DNA of 46,400 bases from a virus. The stretch lies in IMG/VR virus record IMGVR_UViG_3300004889_000001, positions 1-46,400 of that record; one strand, given 5' to 3'. Shown piece by piece: positions 35,550 to 42,606 of the stretch (its first letter is position 1; the number at the start of each line of letters is the position of its first letter). The notes under the pieces were generated by a model. That model saw only the letters and a program-made list of their open reading frames with translations. It was not told where the DNA came from and ran no database searches. Both the position numbers and the translations under genes were made by a program.

Positions 35550-37862
35550 CTAAAGAACCTCTGTGACGACAGTTGGTAATCGTTTCACAATGACTTGAAA
35601 CTCCCCCACTGTGAAATTTGTCGTCGCGGCGCCGATTGCATTATCAACAGCGAACACGCCGTCATTTCCAACGGCGATTGAAACAGTATTATTATCTTTT
35701 TCAAACACGCTGCCATCATAACGGTTCCCTGCGGTTGTCGTGGAGACGCAAGAGGACATCCCCCAATTCCATTTCGGGAATTGAGTGCCACTCTCTCTAA
35801 ATTTAACAATCACCTCGACGTCATCTGCGCCAAGATTATGAACAAAATCTGTACCCGATGTTGGGGCTGTAGCAGCGTCGATCTCCGTCCAAGGGGAAAT
35901 CCAATGTGGACGCTCACCATTCAGCGATGAATAAGTTTCGTCATGGTGGGCGCCTAATCCCTGAGTGAGACTGTCCATGTCTCTGCCTGATGTGGAGGCA
36001 CGGAGATATGCGTCTGTAGCATATGACACGTCGGCTTCTGAAATCCTGCGAGCGATCAGGCCTGTACCAATGCCATAGTTTCTCAAACCGTCCGTAGGGT
36101 CTGGCTCTAAGCCTAATCCGTCAATGGTGCTAACACCACCTGGGACAGTGATAATTTGTCCGATTTCTAAACCAGCGTTTAAGGCACTCTTCTGGGTGTC
36201 GTACAAGCCTAAGTTCTGGATTACGTGCGGGCCGAGATCTTCGATAGCAGCAGTACGGTCTTCGTTCCACACTCGGTTATACGGCACCATAATATTTTGA
36301 GGTGACGCGTATGTAGCGAACCGCTCATCCATTTGATACCGCCCGTCATAGCGGAATGTCTTCTCGACTTTGATAGGGCCCGGAACGGTTAATGTAACTT
36401 CCTGATCATCTATGTATTCTTCGGTTTCATGGTTGAACCTACGGAATTTAACCTCATTGGAGCCATTTGTGGCTTCAAGGGTGATATAAGTCATGTCCCA
36501 ATCGGCGCCCCCTTCTGCCCACGCAGGGATGTGCAAACCACAGTTGAAGAAGTGGGTTCCGCCGTAACCTACGGTATGGCCTCTTTCGGGGTGAGTAGCC
36601 ATGCGGGTGCCGACATGGCCGCTGAACCACGCATCCACGCGCACAGGGTCATCCGCACGTAGCATACGATCATAGAAGCGTTCACTTTCAGTGATTTCCC
36701 AAGTAGCGACACTTTCATCTCTAGGTAGTGTGAATACTTGAGCGTTTCCGGTCAGATTAAGTAATGATCCCGTAGACGACGTGATTAGGGAACGTGTAAC
36801 AGTAAATCCGTTATTAGAGACGATGCCCTTGGATATTTCCCATTCATTGCCGTCCACGATACGCAGATGAATTTCTTCCCCATCTGTGAGAGAGGTCGGG
36901 TTCAAGTACAAGTCACCTAAGATACTCGTCATGGTCACTGGACCTGTGCCAGTCGTGGCCGTATCCGCCAATATCGTATAGTACAAAGCGCCCTGTAGAG
37001 GCGCATGGGTATTGGTGATGATGAAGCAGTCTTTATGGGCTAAGCAAATCTTCTCCCACCAATCTACAATGTAGTCAGGGATACGGGACGCTGTGGCGTC
37101 ATGGAAGTTGCTCATGTTAATGACGACGATATTCCCGAAGCGCTGCCAGTAGTATTGTCTCTCGAAGCTATTCAAACCCTCTATGAATGTATTTCCGTGA
37201 GGGTGAACAGCACCAGGTCGATAGTCTACGTCATGGTTGCCCAATAGTGTAGAAATGTTAATCGGAACCGCGTCGATCTCTTTACGGATGTCATTGAAGG
37301 TGTACCACGGGACAGTATTCGCAGCTTCTTCCGCGGCAGTAGGATATCCTCTATCCACCAAGTCGCCTACAAAGAAGCCATAGTCAGAGTTGCCGTGATT
37401 GGCCTTAAGCCGCTCAAAGAACTCTACCGTCTTAGCAACCTGATCTGGACCAGAAGAAGGGTTAGCGTCGGGCTGAAGGTCAGCAAAGAAGACTGCCTTC
37501 AGCCCGACGCGGTCCGCTTTTTCGTATAGAAGGCCGGCATCACTCACCAGCTTAAGCACACCGTCATCTTCCGCAGCTGTATGGCCTGTAGAACCATCTG
37601 AAATGAAACGGCCTTCACCGCCGTCTCCAGGGGTGAAGGAACCGTTCACATATACCGATTGTTCAGCAACATCTAAAAGCCGTAAATCTGCGATGGTATC
37701 AACAGATTTGATTTGAGAGAGTGTATTGTCTCGGGCTTGCTTGCGCTGCGCAGCGGTTTTGGGTTGAGCCTCCACAAATGAAGGCCGATTATTTAAAGCT
37801 GTCTCGATCTTGTTCGCAAGTTCAATTGCACGATCTTCACGGACATAATCTGCATCAGCCAT
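35550..37862 (-). CDS. Tail spike-like protein with an embedded calcineurin-like metallophosphoesterase domain (770 aa)
   Basis: The N-terminus IADLRLLDV...VYVNGSFTPGDGGEGRF is typical of spike N-terminal domains. Phosphoesterase motifs are VFFADLQ, GDLVDRG, GNHD, NTHAP and SGHVG. Confidence 0.65.
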   Translation of the reverse strand: MADADYVREDRAIELANKIETALNNRPSFVEAQPKTAAQRKQARDNTLSQIKSVDTIADLRLLDVAEQSVYVNGSFTPGDGGEGRFISDGSTGHTAAEDDGVLKLVSDAGLLYEKADRVGLKAVFFADLQPDANPSSGPDQVAKTVEFFERLKANHGNSDYGFFVGDLVDRGYPTAAEEAANTVPWYTFNDIRKEIDAVPINISTLLGNHDVDYRPGAVHPHGNTFIEGLNSFERQYYWQRFGNIVVINMSNFHDATASRIPDYIVDWWEKICLAHKDCFIITNTHAPLQGALYYTILADTATTGTGPVTMTSILGDLYLNPTSLTDGEEIHLRIVDGNEWEISKGIVSNNGFTVTRSLITSSTGSLLNLTGNAQVFTLPRDESVATWEITESERFYDRMLRADDPVRVDAWFSGHVGTRMATHPERGHTVGYGGTHFFNCGLHIPAWAEGGADWDMTYITLEATNGSNEVKFRRFNHETEEYIDDQEVTLTVPGPIKVEKTFRYDGRYQMDERFATYASPQNIMVPYNRVWNEDRTAAIEDLGPHVIQNLGLYDTQKSALNAGLEIGQIITVPGGVSTIDGLGLEPDPTDGLRNYGIGTGLIARRISEADVSYATDAYLRASTSGRDMDSLTQGLGAHHDETYSSLNGERPHWISPWTEIDAATAPTSGTDFVHNLGADDVEVIVKFRESGTQFPKWNWGMSSCVSTTTAGNRYDGSVFEKDNNTVSIAVGNDGVFAVDNAIGAATTNFTVGEFQVIVKRLPTVVTEVL

Positions 37863-37887
37863 AAACGGCCTCCATTATTACGGGTTT

Positions 37888-38256
37888 TTAGTTTGTGATA
37901 AGGGCCGAAAGGTCTACCGTAGATGCAGGCAAAGCGGCACCCTGAAACTCTTGGGCGGCAGCAAGGCGGAAATCACTGGCCTGAGACGGCGGCGTGACAA
38001 TCACTCGATAAACACCCCAACCAGACGTGAGTGACGGATCGCCAGAGGCATCCGCGACATCAACCATATCACCGATGTTTAGTTTATCGGCGGCAGCAAG
38101 GCCATCATCATACACCAATAGAGCTGCAAAATCCGCTACCGTGTGTTCTGCTGTACCCAAAGCATCAACCCGCGCCCGGATATTGCCTAAAGAGGTATTT
38201 ATTGCTGTTGCAAGGGCCTGTCCCGTTGCTTCTGTTACATAATCATTTGCGGCCAT
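37888..38256 (-). CDS. Small fibre-associated protein (122 aa)
   Basis: Its C-terminus ASTVDLSALITN is shared with the next gene upstream. AGGAG ribosome-binding site. Confidence 0.5.
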   Translation of the reverse strand: MAANDYVTEATGQALATAINTSLGNIRARVDALGTAEHTVADFAALLVYDDGLAAADKLNIGDMVDVADASGDPSLTSGWGVYRVIVTPPSQASDFRLAAAQEFQGAALPASTVDLSALITN

Positions 38257-38270
38257 GATGGGCTCCTAAC

Positions 38271-39437
38271 TTAGTTTGTGATAATCGCGGACAAATCTTC
38301 TGTTGAAGCTGTGCCGACACCGCCCGCTTGATTGATTGTCACATCGGCTTGCGGGTAAAGTCGATAGTCCGTACCGTCAGAAACGAGGGTATAAATTCCA
38401 ATTTCCGAAGGTAATCCTGTGAGTATTGAGCCATCAGGCCATAAAATATCCCCATTTGGATTGTTCAGCGTAACCGTGTCTACGGCCGGCGACGTAAGAA
38501 AGCGGTAAGACATCATCTCACCGGCCGCCAATGACACCGTCACGCTATGTGCGCCCAATGTAATAAGATCACCAGCACGGTAAGTACCGCCCGGACTGCT
38601 TGGGACCCACAAAGTAGCCGACGCTGAACCACCAAATTCAGATAACACGCCGTTGAATATTTGATATGTCTGCCCACCAAAAGCTACAGCAGGTGCAGTT
38701 TCAGGCGATAAATCAAAACCAGAGGCCGTGTTGAAGCTGGACACAACTGAATAAAGGCCGACAGGGTATTGCGCTGTTGCAGTATTATTCCAATAGTAAT
38801 TGCCGAAGTTTGCTAAGTTTAATCCAGGCGCATTCACGTTAAAATCAAAACTTCCTTCTGCCTCTACGATAGATGGATTTTGATAGCCTGGGACATCAGC
38901 ACCCGCTCCACCTGAAGAGGAAACCCGTTGACGAGGCAACCCAGTAGAGCCGTTGATGGATAGTTTACTATCACCGATAAAACGCATGGATATTGCGCCG
39001 CCGTGTAAGTCAAAAACAGACCTTGAAACGACTGTATTTTGGTCAGCCGCGTAATCCCTCGCATCAAGCCCAAATTGCCCAAATGACTGCAATTCCATTT
39101 CAAAGGTTAGATTATCATTGGCATTTGATTTCCCAATGACAAAATTATGGTCAAGAGTATGGCTTCGCGCCTGTGTTGTCGTTAAATTAGCGGAAAATAA
39201 ATTATCTGACGAACCTTCTGGCGAGTATTCACGCCAGCCCGGAGCTGGTAAAGACGCAGGCATGGTTGAAGGCAGCCCATCCTCTCTAATCCATTGACGA
39301 CCTTCAAATAATACAATTTGCCCAGCATCGGTTACGCCGCCCACATCAGGCGTGTTTTCGTCAATTTTATTAAGATCGAACTGTTGCGCAGCAGTAACGC
39401 CAGTGCCACCGCCGCTGGAATTGCCGAAATATGGCAT
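38271..39437 (-). CDS. Tail fibre or receptor-binding candidate (388 aa from the ATG at 39437)
   Basis: MPYFGNSSGGG... is preceded by AGGAG at 7 nt. The C-terminus is ASTEDLSAIITN. The longer 409-aa form overlaps the upstream gene. Confidence 0.55.
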   Translation of the reverse strand: MPYFGNSSGGGTGVTAAQQFDLNKIDENTPDVGGVTDAGQIVLFEGRQWIREDGLPSTMPASLPAPGWREYSPEGSSDNLFSANLTTTQARSHTLDHNFVIGKSNANDNLTFEMELQSFGQFGLDARDYAADQNTVVSRSVFDLHGGAISMRFIGDSKLSINGSTGLPRQRVSSSGGAGADVPGYQNPSIVEAEGSFDFNVNAPGLNLANFGNYYWNNTATAQYPVGLYSVVSSFNTASGFDLSPETAPAVAFGGQTYQIFNGVLSEFGGSASATLWVPSSPGGTYRAGDLITLGAHSVTVSLAAGEMMSYRFLTSPAVDTVTLNNPNGDILWPDGSILTGLPSEIGIYTLVSDGTDYRLYPQADVTINQAGGVGTASTEDLSAIITN

Positions 39438-39445
39438 ACATGCTC

Positions 39446-39736
39446 CTAACCGTATTGAGTAACAGTCATTAGAGCGGCACCAGCTAAACCGGCCGTCCAA
39501 ACCTCCCCTGAATGTTGTAATGGGATTTCATAAAGTCCACCAGGTTGGACCTCTATCGTATATGCAGAAGCATCAGGATCCTCGCCAGATGTCAAATAAA
39601 CCAATCCAGATACCGGGGAGTTCGTTCTGCAATGAATACACGCCTTACGGCCAACAGAAATATCAATCGGAACCAGAGCCGGCGTATCGGCAGCGCCGAC
39701 AATTTCGATAGGCTTTTTAAGGACTGGATTTGACAT
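39446..39736 (-). CDS. Hypothetical protein (96 aa), first gene after the late-operon control region
   Basis: ATG-initiated ORF with a GGAGATATTCA leader. Confidence 0.5.
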   Translation of the reverse strand: MSNPVLKKPIEIVGAADTPALVPIDISVGRKACIHCRTNSPVSGLVYLTSGEDPDASAYTIEVQPGGLYEIPLQHSGEVWTAGLAGAALMTVTQYG

Positions 39737-39871
39737 TGAATATCTCCGATTTGTTCAATCGTTATCACGCAAATCTAAAAATGAAAAGCCCCCATCGAGA
39801 GCATTGCATCCGAAACAACGGCAGCTGGCGACGATGAGGGCCCACCGCTACCTGGACGGAAGCGCGGCAAA

Positions 39872-39902
39872 AAGCAACTAACAAAAGCAAAAAATTATGC
39901 AA
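39872..39902 (-). promoter_or_regulatory. T-rich conserved element upstream of the late genes (TTGCAT-AA-TTTTTTGC-N9-TTGCTT)
   Basis: The minus strand reads TTGCATAATTTTTTGCTTTTGTTAGTTGCTT. This aligns with 41946..41975 (TTGCATCTTTTTTGCATTTTTTACTTGATT) at 25 of 29 aligned positions with one indel. Confidence 0.35.
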
Positions 39903-39903
39903 G

Positions 39904-39933
39904 AAAAAACCCGCAGACCGAGAGATCCGCGGG
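39904..39933 (-). terminator. Candidate rho-independent terminator after the 90-aa gene
   Basis: Minus strand: CCCGC (14-nt loop) GCGGG followed by TTTTTTCTTGC. The stem is only 5 bp, all G:C. Confidence 0.45.
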
Positions 39934-40030
39934 ATGAGGCACAATGGGGCGCAAAGTGCCACATAAGTTGATTTGGAGATTATCGGGGAATGGCGATGCA
40001 CTCAAAAATCTCTATAACCATAAAATTACA

Positions 40031-40303
40031 TCAGTCAATCAAATCGTGCTTTCGCATAAATCCGGAAAGACGATCAAAGGCATAGTGAGGAATATTCTCA
40101 GGCGGCGTAAAACTATTTTGGTGATCGTCATAATTTACCGCAACGCCAGTAAACCCTCTTTTGTCCCAACACACAATCGCATATCCGCAAATCGGATGTT
40201 CGCCCGGTAGCCGCGAAAGCGTCCGCGCGTCGCTGATCATATCCTGAGAGAAAGCACAAACCTCACGACGAGGAAAAATGTGCAAGTCAGCGCCGCCCTT
40301 CAT
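40031..40303 (-). CDS. Hypothetical protein (90 aa from the ATG at 40303)
   Basis: Isolated ORF between the 1-kb non-coding region and the terminator. No motif recognised. Confidence 0.4.
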   Translation of the reverse strand: MKGGADLHIFPRREVCAFSQDMISDARTLSRLPGEHPICGYAIVCWDKRGFTGVAVNYDDHQNSFTPPENIPHYAFDRLSGFMRKHDLID

Positions 40304-40697
40304 CCGAACCCGTCCAATTCTCGCAGCGCTAGTTCTCAATCAAATCCCCAAACTAAATTTTGAAATTCGGGGCGCCCATCATCACAGGCACCCCAGCCAA
40401 ACAACTCAACTAAAAAAGAACCAACCAGTTTACCCTACAAATAAGCGGCCCAATTAAAATAAACAAGAAGTCCAGCCAAAACACCATACAGGAATAAAAC
40501 CTTCACCGCAAATCACGACACACATTCAAAAAAATTTTCTGAGCGACAAAAGAACAAAACCAAAAAAAAATAAAAAAAAGAAAAACTTTTCCAAAAACAA
40601 AAAACCATTTCGCAAAAAAAATTAGAGGAGGATGCCTATACTGGCAGCAGGCATCGCGCATTTTCGCCCCCCACCCCCTCATGAAAGTCTTCCTGAG

Positions 40698-40732
40698 GAA
40701 TGTGTGCTGTAGTTCTTTTAGAATGTGTGCTG
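40698..40732. repeat. Direct repeat GAATGTGTGCTG, two copies 23 nt apart
   Basis: Copies at 40698..40709 and 40721..40732, identical 12-mers. Confidence 0.85.
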
Positions 40733-41129
40733 CGCACTGGTCTATGTTTCATTTATCCTATCACCCCGCGCAGATCATCATGACCAAGAAGGTATGTGGT
40801 ATATATGGGTTAGTGTGTGGAGGAGCGGCTGAGACCTCCGCAAATTGCACATGATACAGCCCAATCGGTGAATATTACCCCAATTACCACGGATAACGAG
40901 ACAATGCAGGCGCATAATAGAATGAATGCGCAATGTTTTTTATACAATACAGCTAGTGAGACCCAGTGAAATAATGTTGCGTCATGTTTTATTGATATTG
41001 AGGGGCAAATCTCACGCGCACGCGCAAGGCCGAGCTTGTCTTAGAAAATTGTCCATCTCTAAAAAGTTTTTTATTTTCCTTTATTTTGGCAGGTTGGGGC
41101 TATGCCTGAGTGCATGGCTTTGCGGTGTA

Positions 41130-41192
41130 TTATGTGGCGTTCAGGCCTGTTTATGTGCTGTTGTGGCGGGTTTATGTGGTCTGAGTATGCCT
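41130..41192. repeat. Three iteron-like cores TTATGTG(G/C) on an exact 21-bp period
   Basis: Core starts at 41130, 41151 and 41172. Confidence 0.85.
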
Positions 41193-41245
41193 AGCGCAGC
41201 AGTGTGGTAGCCCCGCAGGGATGGGCGCGGAGCGCGTGGGGCGGC

Positions 41246-41280
41246 GTGAGTAGCTGTGATTAGCTGTGAGTAATCGTGTA
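41246..41280. repeat. Tandem 10-mer TAGCTGTGA(T/G), two copies plus one degenerate copy
   Basis: gtgag tagctgtgat tagctgtgag taatcgtgta. Copies at 41251..41260 and 41261..41270. Confidence 0.8.
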
Positions 41281-41292
41281 TGGGGGGAGCGC

Positions 41293-41332
41293 CCAAGCCT
41301 TGAGGAGAGTGGGTGTGGAAATCAAGGCTTGG
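41293..41332. repeat. Perfect 10-bp inverted repeat CCAAGCCTTG / CAAGGCTTGG with a 20-nt spacer
   Basis: Arms at 41293..41302 and 41323..41332. Confidence 0.85.
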
Positions 41333-41339
41333 ACTGGTA

Positions 41340-41364
41340 GGGGGTATAGGGGAGGGGATTGGGG
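41340..41364 (+). other. Canonical G-quadruplex motif GGGGG-TATA-GGGG-A-GGGG-ATT-GGGG
   Basis: Read directly. It ends 5 nt from the stop codon of the convergently read 159-aa gene. Confidence 0.7.
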
Positions 41365-41368
41365 AAGT

Positions 41369-41848
41369 CTAGCCTGTGTAGAGGGTGATCAGCTCTGAGG
41401 CGTCGCCTATGTCTCTGCCGTTCTCGTCGCTTTCCATCATGACAGCGAGCATTTTAACGGCGTTATTGAACGGGAATTTCCAGTCTTTTGAGGACACAGC
41501 GAGGCGGATTGCCTGCATTTGTCGCATGTAGGCGGCATCTCTTGAGCGTGTGAATGCCGTTTTATAGGCGGGATTTGTTGTGAGCCATTGGTTGTGTTGG
41601 TCCGAGGTTATGCCGCATCGGGCGCGCACCTCAGTTGGAGTGAGGCCAGCCACACCACACGCAAGCATGAGTTTGAATGTCTTATCCGTTGGCGCGTCTA
41701 TTGGGTCAGGCAGGCCGTGCAAGAGGGCATTCGGGTTTATGTCTAAGACCATGGGGCGGAGCCGAGCAAGTTCAGAGGCTTGGATTTGATTGAGTTCATA
41801 CAGCTCTTTCACCGTCTTTGGGTCGTCTGATGCGTTTTTCTTTGCCAT
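41369..41848 (-). CDS. HTH protein resembling small-terminase-type DNA-binding domains (159 aa from the ATG at 41848)
   Basis: GVAGLTPTEVRARCGITSDQHNQWLTTNPAYKTAFTRSRDAAYMRQ resembles the HTH plus W...F..A pattern of many TerS and gp3-like proteins. The 177-aa form is also possible. Confidence 0.5.
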   Translation of the reverse strand: MAKKNASDDPKTVKELYELNQIQASELARLRPMVLDINPNALLHGLPDPIDAPTDKTFKLMLACGVAGLTPTEVRARCGITSDQHNQWLTTNPAYKTAFTRSRDAAYMRQMQAIRLAVSSKDWKFPFNNAVKMLAVMMESDENGRDIGDASELITLYTG

Positions 41849-41969
41849 GAGGTCAATCCTAAGCCGTTGTGAGAGCGTTTTAGCGTGTTTATGGGCATAC
41901 ACACCGCAAAAGACCCAAACAAGGCTCTATGAGGCTTAAAAATAATTGCATCTTTTTTGCATTTTTTAC

Positions 41970-41997
41970 TTGATTGGGACACCCCAACGTGTATTTA
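41970..41997 (+). promoter_or_regulatory. Sigma70-like early promoter (TTGATT-N16-TATTTA)
   Basis: cTTGATTgggacaccccaacgtgTATTTAgag, about 45 nt upstream of the first early ATG. The spacer carries TTGGGACACCCC. It is preceded by a T-rich element containing two TTGCAT hexamers. Confidence 0.5.
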
Positions 41998-42043
41998 GAG
42001 AGGGCAAGACGCATTGAGCGCAACCCGAACAGGAGACTGCCAA

Positions 42044-42466
42044 ATGGCCAAGCCAATTTTTGAGAATATTACTTTCGCGCCCGAAGTCATGAAAGACGGG
42101 TTTATGTGGTGGAGAGTATGCGCCCCTAACGCCTTAAGCTTTGATACACTCGACAGCCTAAGACACTGTGAAGCAGAAGCTTTAAAGGGTTTTGAATTCT
42201 GTTTAGTTTATGATGATGAAACCGACAGCACAGACGTGAGCTTGTCAGATATGATGGAACATATCAGAGACGGTGGACGAATTGGCCTTTATCCAGAGGC
42301 AAGACCAGAGCCTAAAAAGCCGCTGGAGGCATGGGTGCTAACGCGAACCACGTGGCACTCAATCACCGTGCAAGCGCGAGATTATAACCACGCTAGAGAG
42401 CAATGCGAAATAGCGGAGTTTGACAGCGCAACAGGATACGCGGAATTTAACGTAGAGGCAGAATAA
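42044..42466 (+). CDS. Hypothetical early protein (140 aa from the ATG at 42044)
   Basis: The first early gene. CAACCCGAACAGGAGA lies upstream of the ATG. Confidence 0.55.
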   Translation: MAKPIFENITFAPEVMKDGFMWWRVCAPNALSFDTLDSLRHCEAEALKGFEFCLVYDDETDSTDVSLSDMMEHIRDGGRIGLYPEARPEPKKPLEAWVLTRTTWHSITVQARDYNHAREQCEIAEFDSATGYAEFNVEAE

Positions 42467-42503
42467 GACCCATTGCGGGCAACCCATAACAGGAGAAAAC
42501 ATC

Positions 42504-42602
42504 ATGACATTCACAGACCCAACCCAAACCCTAGAGCGGATTATTGAACGTGAGACGGAAGCCGTTGAGGCTTTCCACATTCCCGAAAATGAGGAGGGAT
42601 AG
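42504..42602 (+). CDS. Small ORF (32 aa)
   Basis: Hand translation gives MTFTDPTQTLERIIERETEAVEAFHIPENEEG. It is preceded by CAACCCATAACAGGAGA. Confidence 0.25.
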   Translation: MTFTDPTQTLERIIERETEAVEAFHIPENEEG

Positions 42603-42606
42603 GGCC

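Larger units (their letters stand above)
40340..41368. other. 1,029-nt non-coding, strand-asymmetric, repeat-dense region (candidate origin, packaging or ncRNA locus)
   Basis: There is no credible ORF on either strand. The left part is A/C-rich with A5-A9 runs, and the right part is G/T-rich. It contains several independent short-repeat systems, listed separately. Confidence 0.6.

Noticed and set aside
38271-39500. Longer N-terminal extensions given by the supplied ORF track (38271..39500, 9951..10628, 43620..44306, 13525..13995, 7206..7403, 5825..6193, 14713..19038)
   Set aside because: The extensions overlap upstream genes or start at TTG or GTG without a ribosome-binding site. Internal ATGs have AGGAG-type sites or ATGA/TAATG coupling. 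In the case of 7403, the start lies upstream of the predicted transcription start.
40629-40712. 26-codon ORF starting GAGGAGGATG...
   Set aside because: The Shine-Dalgarno sequence abuts the ATG with no spacing. The peptide (MPILAAGIAHFRPPPPHESLPEECVL) has no support, and the ATG lies in the hairpin stem.
41130-41192. Possible DnaA boxes
   Set aside because: TTATGTGG shares only the TTAT half with the DnaA box TTATCCACA (complement TGTGGATAA) and is not the same sequence in either orientation. I have not called these DnaA boxes.
40926-41210. 94-aa plus-strand ORF with a Cys/Leu-rich tail (LCGVLCGVQACLCAVVAGLCGL) in the non-coding region
   Set aside because: It has no ribosome-binding site. 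Its 7-aa periodicity is simply the translation of the 21-bp TTATGTG(G/C) repeat array. It is the only ORF in a region that otherwise looks regulatory. I treat it as a by-product of the repeats.
40698-41280. Possible CRISPR array, suggested by the short direct repeats
   Set aside because: The repeats are only 8-12 nt, occur in just 2-3 copies, and lack the regular repeat-spacer geometry of about 30 nt units. There are no cas genes.
41936-41950. CtrA-type box (TTAA-N7-TTAA) near the early promoter
   Set aside because: Only TTAA-N7-TTGC is present, which is a half-site match. I saw no full TTAA-N7-TTAA box in the control regions I inspected.
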